A stretch of DNA of 64,000 bases. Source: Candidatus Ozemobacteraceae bacterium. GTDB lineage: Bacteria; Muiribacteriota; Ozemobacteria; Ozemobacterales; Ozemobacteraceae. The notes beneath the pieces are model-generated. The model saw nothing but the letters and a program-made list of their open reading frames with translations, did no database searches and was not told the origin of the DNA. How positions within the stretch are numbered: the stretch's first letter is position 1; each line of letters starts with the position of its first letter. Of the stretch, positions 47,094 to 56,560 are shown one piece after another. The stretch covers positions 1,312,001 through 1,376,000 of the forward strand of contig OZ223236.1 in assembly GCA_965140445.1 (NCBI GenBank), written 5' to 3'. Made by a program: the position numbers and the translations under genes.

Positions 47094-48473
47094 TCAAGCA
47101 CTGACAAGATTTTGGTTGGGAATTTCCTCAAGAATTCTCTGGCAAATGGAATTGATGTCTCGAGCCCCCATAACCAGAACTATGTCTCCATTTTCGGCCC
47201 GCTTTGATATGTCCTGAATAATTTTCTCCCTATCGCCTAGATAGAAAGCATTTTTAAAGCTGCGGTTTACTTCTTCAATTATGTCTTTTGAACTCACCGA
47301 TTTATCAACAGTGCCTCCAGCGTAGAAAATATCATCAAGATATAGGAATTCGTCTGGTTGAAGGCTGCCAAAAACCCTTACAAGGTCGCCTCTGGTAAAG
47401 GAGGTTGGGCCATATCCATGTGGCTGATAAACAAGGTATCTTTTTTTGGATGATTTTCTTGCGGTATTAATTGCCGCTTCTATTTCCGCAGGATTATGCG
47501 CAAAGTCATCAATAACAGTTACTCCAGAAGAAACTCCGATTTTCTCAAATCTTCTTTTCATACCAGGAAAAGCTTTTAATGCTGCCTTAATGTCGGTAAT
47601 TGTTACTCCAGCTTTTTCTGCCGCTGCAATTGCTGCAACTGTGTTTAAAACATTGTGATGGCCGGGCAGCTTTATTTCAAAATCTTCTCCGTTCATTGAA
47701 AAAGTGGCTTTTTCATTGTTGATGATTATGTTTTCAGCTCTATAATCACAATCTGGAGAAATTCCATAGGTTTTTATTTCTATGTCCAATTCATTTTTTA
47801 GAGAAACCGAGTTGGGATCGTCGCCGCAGGCAAGCCTTAGTCCGCTTAGTGAAGTATTTTCAAAAAAAGTTTTGAATAATGATTTTAAATCTTCTAAAGG
47901 CTTATGGTCTCTTGAAATGTTTGTGACAACAGAAACGTAAGGGCGATACTTGACTATCGAGCCATCAGACTCATCGGCCTCTATTACAAAATCAGGACCT
48001 TTGCCTCTGAAGGCATTTGTGTTTAAGCCGGCAATTATTCCGCCTACCGCACAGGAAGGTTCTTTGCCTGAAAATTTAAGAATCCATGCCAGAAGGCCAG
48101 TTGTCGTTGTTTTGCCTGCTGTTCCACCTATAGCAAGTCCTCGTTTTTCATTAAACATTGAGGCCAACAAATCAGAACGCATTATCTGTTTGATATTCAA
48201 TCTATTTGCAGTAACTACGTCTGGAACTGTATCTTCGACGGCAGTAGATTTTACAATGAAGAAATCTGCCGCAGTTAATCCGGAGTCCGCCATAAATTTT
48301 TCGGGGCCTTTGCCATCTTGGGCGTATAGCTTTACACCGAGCTCTGACAGTCTTTTACAGTAATCGCCTTCAAGGTTTCTATCAGAGCCTGCTACTTTAA
48401 AGCCTGAATTATGTAGGATCTTGGCCAGGCCACTCATGCCCATGCCGCCGATTCCAATGAAAAAAGCATTCAT
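47094..48473 (-). CDS. murC: UDP-N-acetylmuramate--L-alanine ligase (MurC-like)
   Basis: FIGIGGMGMSGLA, GTAGKTTTT, EADESDG, DDFAHNP, YQPH. Confidence 0.8.
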   Translation of the reverse strand: MNAFFIGIGGMGMSGLAKILHNSGFKVAGSDRNLEGDYCKRLSELGVKLYAQDGKGPEKFMADSGLTAADFFIVKSTAVEDTVPDVVTANRLNIKQIMRSDLLASMFNEKRGLAIGGTAGKTTTTGLLAWILKFSGKEPSCAVGGIIAGLNTNAFRGKGPDFVIEADESDGSIVKYRPYVSVVTNISRDHKPLEDLKSLFKTFFENTSLSGLRLACGDDPNSVSLKNELDIEIKTYGISPDCDYRAENIIINNEKATFSMNGEDFEIKLPGHHNVLNTVAAIAAAEKAGVTITDIKAALKAFPGMKRRFEKIGVSSGVTVIDDFAHNPAEIEAAINTARKSSKKRYLVYQPHGYGPTSFTRGDLVRVFGSLQPDEFLYLDDIFYAGGTVDKSVSSKDIIEEVNRSFKNAFYLGDREKIIQDISKRAENGDIVLVMGARDINSICQRILEEIPNQNLVSA

Positions 48474-48494
48474 TGATGTGCCTCCGGTTGTACA

Positions 48495-48518
48495 AATAAA
48501 GAGGGAGCAAAAGCTCCC
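48495..48518 (-). terminator. Short terminator-like hairpin after the FN3 lipoprotein gene
   Basis: gggagc-aaaa-gctccc with an A-rich flank on +. Confidence 0.5.
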
Positions 48519-48555
48519 GTCTTCATATTTTATTTATTAATGTTTATCTATTTTA

Positions 48556-49194
48556 TCAGGGTTCGGTTGTAAATACAAAATCTCTTGAAAGACTTGTTGA
48601 AGAGTCCAGGTTATATCTGCTTGCACCTATTCTAAAATGATATTGAGTGTTGGGCAGTAAGTTAAACAATTGAACCCGGTGTCTTGTTTTTAGCCCTTCT
48701 TCTGCATAGGCTGAGTAGCCATAAATTTCATTTGTCCCGTATTCCACATAACCGTCTGAAGGAAGATCGGTTTCCCACTCGATTACAGCAGAAGTGTCAT
48801 ACAATAGGGGAACTGAAACAGAAATTGCTTGAGGTATTGGGACCATCTCTGAATTAACAACGGTTACAGAAAGGTTATCTTCAATCTGTATTGAGTCATT
48901 GATTAGAGTTAATTTTCCGTCTATTGTTTGAAGATAAATTTTGTAATTCCCACTGGGTAATTGAGCGTGAAAGTCCCCAGTTTCACTTATTGGAATTTCT
49001 TTGCTGAAAGTTTCACTTTTGGCTACTAATACAGATCCTTCAGCATAGTTGATTGTTCCTACAATTGAACCGTTTCCAGGTGTGGAACTGGTTTTCTGAC
49101 TTAAGCAGCCTTGCAAAGCCAGAACGAATATCAACGCGAAAATTATCGTAATTTTATTTCTGATTTCTGGAAAAATTAAGTTTTTAAGAGTCAT
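48556..49194 (-). CDS. Lipoprotein with C-terminal fibronectin type III domain
   Basis: Lipobox LQGC; SAVIEWETD...VEYG...H.VQL.NL.PNT.YHFRI. Confidence 0.8.
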   Translation of the reverse strand: MTLKNLIFPEIRNKITIIFALIFVLALQGCLSQKTSSTPGNGSIVGTINYAEGSVLVAKSETFSKEIPISETGDFHAQLPSGNYKIYLQTIDGKLTLINDSIQIEDNLSVTVVNSEMVPIPQAISVSVPLLYDTSAVIEWETDLPSDGYVEYGTNEIYGYSAYAEEGLKTRHRVQLFNLLPNTQYHFRIGASRYNLDSSTSLSRDFVFTTEP

Positions 49195-50861
49195 TTGAAT
49201 TGCTCTCCTGATGCTTTTACAGTTACTTTGGTGGCTGTTAGTTCACCATAACCATTTTTTTTGAACTTTATGTCGTATGTTCCTGGGGGAATGTTGTAAA
49301 AAACATATTCGCCCATGGAATTTGTTGTGGTTGTGTATTTAGTATTTCCCAGAGAAACTTGAACGCCGGATAATGGACGTTTTCCCAGTTCATCAATTAT
49401 TCGACCTTTCAGAATTCCCATTCTGAGATCTGTCGCAACTGCCATTCGTTTAAAAAGGAGGCCGCTGACCTTTGAGATAATTCTATAAAAACCATTTTCT
49501 GGCTTTATTGTCAGAACATCTGTGCCTCTGTCTTCAAATCTAAATGTCCAGTTGCTGTTAAGTGCTGAAAGTCTGTAATTAAGGTGAATTAGTATTTTGT
49601 TGTCTTTATATTCATACCTGAATGGATGAATGAAAAGTCTGATGTCTCGGTAGGTTCTCAGGGTGTCTTCAAGCATTTTTACATAGTCAAAGTAAGTGTT
49701 TCCCTGCCAGTCTCTGTAGTCTCTTGAAATATGGTCCTTTAGCCAAATTTGATCTCTTGTTTCAAAAGCTCTTGAAAACTGGCTGCAAAATTCTTTTGCC
49801 ATTCTGATTTTTGCGTTTCGATTTAAAACCGTGAACTTACTTTTAAAAATCCTGATTTTTCTGCCCAGAGAATCAGTTGAATGGACAGCAATAAAAAAGT
49901 CAGGGATTGAAGGTGGAGAAAAAACTACCTCATGATATCCATTTTGGCCTTCTCTAAAGGCATAGGCCAGGTCTTTATTTATATAAAGCTCAAAGTGATC
50001 TTCAGGGCGAGGGTAGGGGGAAATCTTTAACTGAAGGTGAATTTGTTTTAGAATGTTTCCATCACCGTTATCAATGATATAAAAGCCGTCTGGCCCTATA
50101 TCTGTGTTACTGAGAAATTTCCCGTTGATCCTTACAGAATCAACTGAATAAGAGATTTCAGAGGAAATAAATTGATGAAGATCAGCAAACCTGTTTAAGA
50201 AATTTGAAAATCTCCTGAAGCTTTCATACTCAATTTGTGGGTCAAAATTTGTTATTGGAAAGTCTTTTCCCTGGTTATCAAATTTTAAGAAGGTTGCTTC
50301 TGGGATAATAGAAGAATCTGCTGTTCCTACCATTCGAAAAGCGGCTTGCCCTTTTACGGCTTTGATAATCTCGTGATTGTCATTTGATTGCATGGATGTT
50401 TCGCCATGATTTACTACAAGGGAACCATTTTTCCCTTCAATCTCAATTAATCCAGAGTCTCTGGCGCTTAACATTAAAGTAGCTTTGTGGAGTTGAACAA
50501 CTACCTGTGGCAAGAGCTGTGGCTGAATTGCAAATCTCATGGAAGACTTTGGTTTAATAAGCATTATATTGTCAGCTGACCAGGCTACGACAGCATAGCC
50601 ATGGTTTCCTGTTCTTAAAGAATCGCCATGGGTAAATGTCTGATGAATACGGCATTTTTGCCAGATATCACCGTTATAGCTCTTAAAATAAACCGGCCCG
50701 TCACATAGTAGTAACGATAATTGTCCCGGGGTGTAACCCTGTTGAGAAATGTGGGACAGTAAAACCGGATCTTCTTTAGCCCAACTATTAGTTGTAAATA
50801 TGAAAATCGCTGAAAATATCGCAAAGATAGTTACTATTTTGTTTAACTTATTTTTAGACAT
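49191..50861 (-). CDS. Secreted multidomain protein: FecR-like, NTF2/SnoaL-like and carboxypeptidase-regulatory-like domains
   Basis: Signal peptide; GDSLRTG..G.A...W (FecR-like); AFETRD...ISRDY (NTF2-like); LKGRIID...PLSGVQV...TTTNSMGEY.F.NIPPGTY. Confidence 0.65.
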   Translation of the reverse strand: MSKNKLNKIVTIFAIFSAIFIFTTNSWAKEDPVLLSHISQQGYTPGQLSLLLCDGPVYFKSYNGDIWQKCRIHQTFTHGDSLRTGNHGYAVVAWSADNIMLIKPKSSMRFAIQPQLLPQVVVQLHKATLMLSARDSGLIEIEGKNGSLVVNHGETSMQSNDNHEIIKAVKGQAAFRMVGTADSSIIPEATFLKFDNQGKDFPITNFDPQIEYESFRRFSNFLNRFADLHQFISSEISYSVDSVRINGKFLSNTDIGPDGFYIIDNGDGNILKQIHLQLKISPYPRPEDHFELYINKDLAYAFREGQNGYHEVVFSPPSIPDFFIAVHSTDSLGRKIRIFKSKFTVLNRNAKIRMAKEFCSQFSRAFETRDQIWLKDHISRDYRDWQGNTYFDYVKMLEDTLRTYRDIRLFIHPFRYEYKDNKILIHLNYRLSALNSNWTFRFEDRGTDVLTIKPENGFYRIISKVSGLLFKRMAVATDLRMGILKGRIIDELGKRPLSGVQVSLGNTKYTTTTNSMGEYVFYNIPPGTYDIKFKKNGYGELTATKVTVKASGEQFK

Positions 50862-52744
50862 TAAAATTTTCTCAACACTCTTAATTTGGCCGTATAATCC
50901 CTGAAATCACGTGTTTTATCCGTAAACTGATTATTACTTCCTTCCAGGTCTATTATCATTCTGGTACTTCGGCTATATTCTTTGGTAAGTGAGAGGTTTA
51001 ATCGATCATGAGTAGAGTCGAATGATGTGGTGGTTGGGTCGCTTTCTTCCCTTCGGAAATCCATCGCTATGCTTATGTCATCATGAAATCTGGATATTCC
51101 GCCGAAACCGTAAAATCTCGATTGATCCATTCCACCAGCTCTTTTATAACTAAGTTTTTCGATGCTGAATGAGCTGTAAACCTGTCGGAAATTGTCATAT
51201 TCCCAGGTTAAATTGAAATCAAATCGTTGAATGTCTCTGTCATTCAAAACGTTGACATCGTCTTTATCAATTGTTTGGCTTAAGCCAGCAAAATATCTCA
51301 TTTCCCCGGCTTTGTGATTAATTTCCATGAGAAGCAGATCAATATAGCGATTCATGAAGGTTGAGTTTTCAGAATATTCGTGAAGAGGCTGGTAATAGAA
51401 ATCAATTCTGAGGTCTTTATAATACTCACTTGGCTTGAGAAGAAGCTGAATTTCAGGTTGGTCACGAACAATAGTTGAGCGCTGATAATTATCCAGATTG
51501 TCTTTAGACGTTCTTTGGCTCAATCTTGCACTTATATACTGGTTCAATTCATAATAGAATCTTGCAAAATAAGACCTCTCATCCCTGGGAGTTTCACCCA
51601 ATGGAGACAGGAATGATGTGTCTGCCTGCTCAATTCCGGCTTCAACCTGAAAGTTTTCTCGTGTGTAGCCACTTACAAATCTATAGGCATCACCCTTAAG
51701 TTCTCCAACTTCGTCTCTTTTATCGAAGTCTGTATCACTTTGGGCGATTTCAGCATTTACAAAGATGTTTTCTGTTGGACGAATATTGATGTCCATTGAG
51801 TAAACTCTATTTGCAAGTTCGGGAAGCTCAGAATTTGCTCCCGCATTGTCTCGCTCGTCTTCTGTTCCCACAACGTTAAAGCCAATTTTTAACGAGTCAT
51901 CTCTGGAATGTTCAATGCGTGTTCCAGCTACGTATCTTGGGTTTTTCAAATCATCTTTCTCAAGAGCGTAATAGCCTGCAAAGCCACCTACTTTTGTATG
52001 TTCAAAATCCTGGGTGCCGTAAAACCCGAGCATTCCATGGGTCATTGAATATTGGGACATTTCGGGGAAAGCGTGTCCAAATACAAGCCTGGATCTCTGA
52101 GTTCGCGAGTCAAGCGTTACCTGATTCATTAAAAAACCGTCATTATACGGACGCTTGTCATTTGTATAAGTTCCGTCAACTGTTAAAGAAATTGAATCTC
52201 CGTCATTTCTGGATGAAAACAGTTCATACCTGATGTTTTCATCATAGAAAAAACCTTCGTTTTTTGAAGATAGATCTTTGTTGCCGTCAACCCAGTTGTT
52301 GTAATAGGAAGTGTCCAGAAACAAGTTTGAGCTGAAAAGTCTGTCCTGCTCCCACTCGTTCATGTCATAACGGTTGGCTGGTCGATTATCAACAATCGGG
52401 ATGCTTTCTGAAAGTTCTGGAGGGCGTTGTTCGGAAGCGGGAATAAAATACTTTCTATGTGGGTTTAAATTTTGATCAAATCTTGGATCTGGTGCTATTT
52501 CGATTCCATCGGCAGCATTAACAGGCTGGATCACCATGGTTGGAGAGACTGGCGGTTTCAATTCGGGTATTGCAAGGGGGTTGAAAAACACAGCATCATT
52601 ACTCGCCGAAAAAGCAATCGGACGAGAAGTGCTGGTTACATCTTCTCGTTCAATGTGGTTTTGTTGACTGGCGGTGAATCCTGAGCCAAAAAAGATCAGA
52701 AACGCCGCCAGAACAATTAGTGGTATTCTGGCGGACGATTTCAT
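50861..52744 (-). CDS. Putative outer-membrane beta-barrel protein
   Basis: Signal peptide; many amphipathic beta-strands; C-terminal ...AKLRVLRKF ending in Phe (BAM-signal-like). Confidence 0.7.
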   Translation of the reverse strand: MKSSARIPLIVLAAFLIFFGSGFTASQQNHIEREDVTSTSRPIAFSASNDAVFFNPLAIPELKPPVSPTMVIQPVNAADGIEIAPDPRFDQNLNPHRKYFIPASEQRPPELSESIPIVDNRPANRYDMNEWEQDRLFSSNLFLDTSYYNNWVDGNKDLSSKNEGFFYDENIRYELFSSRNDGDSISLTVDGTYTNDKRPYNDGFLMNQVTLDSRTQRSRLVFGHAFPEMSQYSMTHGMLGFYGTQDFEHTKVGGFAGYYALEKDDLKNPRYVAGTRIEHSRDDSLKIGFNVVGTEDERDNAGANSELPELANRVYSMDINIRPTENIFVNAEIAQSDTDFDKRDEVGELKGDAYRFVSGYTRENFQVEAGIEQADTSFLSPLGETPRDERSYFARFYYELNQYISARLSQRTSKDNLDNYQRSTIVRDQPEIQLLLKPSEYYKDLRIDFYYQPLHEYSENSTFMNRYIDLLLMEINHKAGEMRYFAGLSQTIDKDDVNVLNDRDIQRFDFNLTWEYDNFRQVYSSFSIEKLSYKRAGGMDQSRFYGFGGISRFHDDISIAMDFRREESDPTTTSFDSTHDRLNLSLTKEYSRSTRMIIDLEGSNNQFTDKTRDFRDYTAKLRVLRKF

Positions 52745-52776
52745 GTTGTTTGATGGTTTTTCAAATTAAGTTTCCG

Positions 52777-54519
52777 TTATTTCATTGAGATGAGTTTAAG
52801 TGGATCTATGGTCTTTCCATTTTTTCTTATTTCAAAGTGAAGGTGATTACCGGTTGCTACGCCAGTTGCTCCAACTTTGGCAAGAATCTGTCCCGCTCTT
52901 ACTTTTTGTCCCTTTTTAACAAGGAGTCTGCTGCAGTGAGCATACCTTGTAGAGTATCCATTGGAATGTCTTACGATTACCATGCGACCGTAACCAGATC
53001 TGTATCCAGAGTAGATTACTTTTCCGCTTGCTGCTGCTGCAATTGGAGTTCCTCTTGGAGCTGCAATGTCTAGTCCTGCATGGAAAAGTCTTTTCTTGTG
53101 AACTGGGTGGTGTCTCCAACCATATCTGTCAGAGATGCGGCCTCTTAACGGTCTAAGCCAGCTGGCAGATTTGGTTATGCTGCTTTTTCTGGTAACTTTA
53201 TATTGTTTTTTATTTGAAGGCACATTCAACAGCTGTCCATATTTTACAATCGTGCTTTTAAGATTGTTTTCTGAAACAATTGCGCTGATAGTAGTGCAGT
53301 ATCTTCTTGCTATAACAGAGAGACATTCGCCCTTCTGAACTTTGTGTTTCACTATTTTTACAGAGGCGGTTTTAACGGGTTTATTCTTTTTGCTTAAAAC
53401 TCTATAAAGTTTTTTGCCAGGTTTAATTTTAAGTGACTGGCCTCTTCTGATAAAGGCTCCAGTGATATCGTTATCTGCCTTAATTTGGGCAACAGTTGTA
53501 TCAAATTTGCGGGCGATTTTGATCAGGCTATCTCCGCGAGTAACTTCATAATTCTTGAATTCACTATTTGTTGTTTTAGAAACTTTTTGATTTTCAACTT
53601 TTTTGTCAGCTGATTTAATCTCAACTTTTGCAGTTTCAACTTTTGTTTCGACTTTCTTAGCTGCTACCGTAGGTGGAGTTTTAAGGAGTTCTTTTTCAAG
53701 GAATTTGATGTCTGGTTTGATTGCTGGAGCTTTTGCAATTTGTAGCTTGTTAAGCTTAACAAGCTGCATTTTTTGAGGTGTTGCAATCAAAGCCATTTTT
53801 TGAGGCTTAATAGTTTCAAGCTTTTTTGTGGTAAGGCTTTCTTTTTTGCTGGATGCTATAGCAAGTTTTGTATTTTTTACTTTAATTGGGATTATTATTT
53901 TCTGATCCTGAACCAGAACGTGAGATTTCAAATTGTTTGAATCGATCAGCTTTTTGAGGGGAACTCTAAATCTGCTGGCTATTCGAGAAAGAGAATCACC
54001 ACGTTTAACCTGATATACCATTTCAGAAGAAGGCATTGGAACCTTAATGGTCTGGCCAACTTTAATGGTGTCAACATCTACCAGTTTGTTAACTCTTTTT
54101 ATTTCTTTTGTTTCTGAACCGAAAATGGCGGCGATATTAGTTAATGAATCACCTTTCTTTACAGAATATTCAAGAAAGTTTTTATTGCTTACTTTATCTG
54201 TTGCTGCTGCAACAAATTCTGCTTCTACGGTTTGGGTAAGTTTCTTAATTTCTGGAGCACTTTCAACAAATGAGACTTTTTTTACAGCCTGTGTGGATGG
54301 AGCTGTTTTGGCAAGTGTTATTGGAGCTTTTGGGCAGCTTTCTTCAGCAATTTTAAAGCTTTTGATAAAATGGTTGTTCTGATATGGACTTTCAAGTGCG
54401 AATGCCACATCTGATTCTCTGTTTAAAAAGCTGTCGATAGCAATAGCTGAAGTTTCAAGTGCCACGATAGCTAGTAGTATGATTACTGAATAGTGCCTTG
54501 CTCTAAGATTATTCCACAC
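52777..54519 (-). CDS. LysM-repeat M23 family peptidoglycan endopeptidase
   Basis: Four LysM repeats (YxVKKGDSL..IA type) and M23 motifs HAGLD, YAH, HLHFE; GTG start with AAGGAG RBS. Confidence 0.92.
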   Translation of the reverse strand: MWNNLRARHYSVIILLAIVALETSAIAIDSFLNRESDVAFALESPYQNNHFIKSFKIAEESCPKAPITLAKTAPSTQAVKKVSFVESAPEIKKLTQTVEAEFVAAATDKVSNKNFLEYSVKKGDSLTNIAAIFGSETKEIKRVNKLVDVDTIKVGQTIKVPMPSSEMVYQVKRGDSLSRIASRFRVPLKKLIDSNNLKSHVLVQDQKIIIPIKVKNTKLAIASSKKESLTTKKLETIKPQKMALIATPQKMQLVKLNKLQIAKAPAIKPDIKFLEKELLKTPPTVAAKKVETKVETAKVEIKSADKKVENQKVSKTTNSEFKNYEVTRGDSLIKIARKFDTTVAQIKADNDITGAFIRRGQSLKIKPGKKLYRVLSKKNKPVKTASVKIVKHKVQKGECLSVIARRYCTTISAIVSENNLKSTIVKYGQLLNVPSNKKQYKVTRKSSITKSASWLRPLRGRISDRYGWRHHPVHKKRLFHAGLDIAAPRGTPIAAAASGKVIYSGYRSGYGRMVIVRHSNGYSTRYAHCSRLLVKKGQKVRAGQILAKVGATGVATGNHLHFEIRKNGKTIDPLKLISMK

Positions 54520-54578
54520 AATGCGCTCCTTGCAATTCCGTTATTCGGATTTTCTTTTTTTTAACCATCCCTGGTTTA
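54520..54578 (-). promoter_or_regulatory. Putative CsrA/RsmA-binding leader (three ANGGA motifs)
   Basis: mRNA sense: AACC-AGGGAU-GGUU hairpin, ACGGA, and GC-AAGGA-GC overlapping the SD. Confidence 0.45.
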
Positions 54579-54737
54579 TGGCTTTTACGCCGTAGTTAAA
54601 GAATCGACAGTTTTGCGCACTTTGATTAGTAAATTTTAAAAAAAAAATATTGGATAGACGATTTTTAGATTTTTATGATATTGTTTACCCTTGGAAAACG
54701 CTTATACGACATTTTTATACTTTAAGGAGACAGGATT

Positions 54738-55202
54738 TTGAGCAAGAGACCACCTGAACTAACCTGGCAGGATAAAGCTATATTGGTAGCTATCCCTATA
54801 GTTGTTTTTACAATTTTTATTCTGGCCAATTATTTTAGTCAGGACCTGTCGGTTCCAGACGCATATGCTCAGCAGCTTCCAAAAGCTCTTGTGCGTGATG
54901 GAGGGAACATTATTCAGGTTTATCCTCAAGTGGCAACAGATAGTGCTATGTGTCGTTTAAGAGCTAGAGATAATAAGACTGAATACGATTTTGTTTTTAA
55001 CATCACTGGTTCTGAGACCATCCAATTTGAAGTTGGTCGTTTATTGCAGTTCTATGGTGAGTATGAATATGATTTAAAAGGTGGGAAAGTCACCGCTCCT
55101 TATAAGGATAAGGATAAAAGTGGACGAATGATTGGCTGGGCAATTTATGAAAATCATAGATATGTGCCTCAGAATGAAAAGGACAGCAAAGGCTCTCTTT
55201 AA
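54738..55202 (+). CDS. Membrane-anchored DUF3465-like (OB-fold) protein
   Basis: N-terminal TM; FYGEYEY..KGG...GW....N..Y motif; AAGGAG RBS before TTG. Confidence 0.55.
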   Translation: MSKRPPELTWQDKAILVAIPIVVFTIFILANYFSQDLSVPDAYAQQLPKALVRDGGNIIQVYPQVATDSAMCRLRARDNKTEYDFVFNITGSETIQFEVGRLLQFYGEYEYDLKGGKVTAPYKDKDKSGRMIGWAIYENHRYVPQNEKDSKGSL

Positions 55203-55229
55203 TTTAGAATTTTTCCTGGCGGCTCATTG

Positions 55230-55637
55230 TTATGGGCCGCTTGTTATTTTTAGGCTGACTTCAGCAAGTCCAGCTATTTTCATACCAAGATCGTCAGCCG
55301 CTCTTTCAGAAAGATCTATGATTCTGCCGCTTACAAAAGGGCCTCGATCATTAATTTTAACAATTACTCTTCTTCCATTTTCAAGGTTGCTTACTTGAAC
55401 ATAAGTTCCAAATGCCAGTTCTCTATGAGCGGCGGTGAGATCATTTTTGTCAAAAATTTCTCCTGACGCTGTTTGTTTTCCTTGATATTCAGCTCCATAC
55501 CATGATGCAATTCCCTGTTGGAATGAGCCACTGGTGTTAGCGGCAACTGGATCGACTTCACTGCTTTTTGAGTCACAACCAGTTAAGAAAACTGCAATTG
55601 AAAGCCAGGAGATAAATAAAAATAATTTTCTTTTCAT
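55230..55637 (-). CDS. rlpA: RlpA family lipoprotein (DPBB lytic transglycosylase)
   Basis: Lipobox LTGC; GIASWYG, TASGE, TAAHR.L.FG, INDRGPF, RIIDLS. Confidence 0.93.
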   Translation of the reverse strand: MKRKLFLFISWLSIAVFLTGCDSKSSEVDPVAANTSGSFQQGIASWYGAEYQGKQTASGEIFDKNDLTAAHRELAFGTYVQVSNLENGRRVIVKINDRGPFVSGRIIDLSERAADDLGMKIAGLAEVSLKITSGP

Positions 55638-55769
55638 AGGATTTATATCGGCACAAAAAAAAAGAACAATAAAAAATTCTGTTTGGAAAAATTGGCTTTT
55701 CCATTTTGTAACGGTGAATTTGCCAGAGGAGCCAGCTGAAAATTGTGTTCTTTGTGCTTTGTAATTACA

Positions 55770-55798
55770 TTGACAAAAAAAAATGCTTTCAGTAAGAT
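55770..55798 (+). promoter_or_regulatory. Sigma70-type promoter
   Basis: TTGACA-17 nt-TAAGAT, upstream of CAGGAGG RBS and TTG 55841. Confidence 0.6.
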
Positions 55799-55840
55799 AC
55801 TGTAATAATTAAGTAATCCCGCCTTCAGGAGGCTTTTAGT

Positions 55841-56467
55841 TTGAGTCAGCGAAAAAATTACTTTATTGCTAAGGGAATGCAAAGCAAGTTTGCCGGAACA
55901 ATTATGCTTCTGGCTTTTCTCGTTACAGTTATCACTGTTTGTAATATCTATGTTCTGGGGACATTCTTTTTCTCTACTCAGACTACAGTGGTTGAAGCAA
56001 CTGGAATCACGACCATAATGCAGACCTTTCTGGCGGAATTCTGGCCAAGGTTGTTAATGCTGGTTTTTGTAAACGTTATTATTATATTCATTGTAAGTGT
56101 AATGTACTCTCATCAGACTGCAGGTCCGGCTTATAAGCTTGAACAAAGTATCCAACGCATTGCTGATGGCGATCTGACCTTTGAGGTTCATTTGAGAAAA
56201 AATGATAACTTAAAGGAATTGGCAACTGCGTTAAACAATTTGCTTAGAAAGTTTCGTGAGACCCTGGCAAAATCAAAAACTCTGAGTGATGATATTGCTA
56301 TTAAATTAGAATCTGTAAATGATGTTGAAAAATTTGGTGAGCTTTCTAAAAGAGCAGCTGAATTAAAAACATTGATTGAGCAGTTTAAAATCTCTTCTGA
56401 CAGACTTGAAAAAGTGGTTGAAGGTGATGATGAAGAAGACGAGGAAGACGAGGAAGATGAAGCATAG
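55841..56467 (+). CDS. Two-TM HAMP-domain protein with short coiled coil and acidic tail
   Basis: RKNYFI N-terminus, 2 TM, SHQTAGP..KL......IADGDL....LRKND.LKELA..LN HAMP; ends EGDDEEDEEDEEDEA. Confidence 0.8.
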   Translation: MSQRKNYFIAKGMQSKFAGTIMLLAFLVTVITVCNIYVLGTFFFSTQTTVVEATGITTIMQTFLAEFWPRLLMLVFVNVIIIFIVSVMYSHQTAGPAYKLEQSIQRIADGDLTFEVHLRKNDNLKELATALNNLLRKFRETLAKSKTLSDDIAIKLESVNDVEKFGELSKRAAELKTLIEQFKISSDRLEKVVEGDDEEDEEDEEDEA

Positions 56468-56498
56468 TTCATTTTAAACTCGTTTTTTAAAAAAGCTT

Positions 56499-56550
56499 AA
56501 AAAAAGCACCGGCGCTGAACTTAAATTCAGCGCCGGTGCTTTTTTCTTTT
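56499..56550. terminator. Bidirectional terminator
   Basis: Perfect 20-bp stem aaaaaagcaccggcgctgaa / ttcagcgccggtgctttttt between convergent genes. Confidence 0.9.
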
Positions 56551-56560
56551 GATAGAAAAG

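Noticed and set aside
56424..56461. gaagacgag short tandem repeat as a contingency locus
   Set aside because: The 9-nt in-frame unit simply encodes the acidic tail; copy change would not shift the frame.
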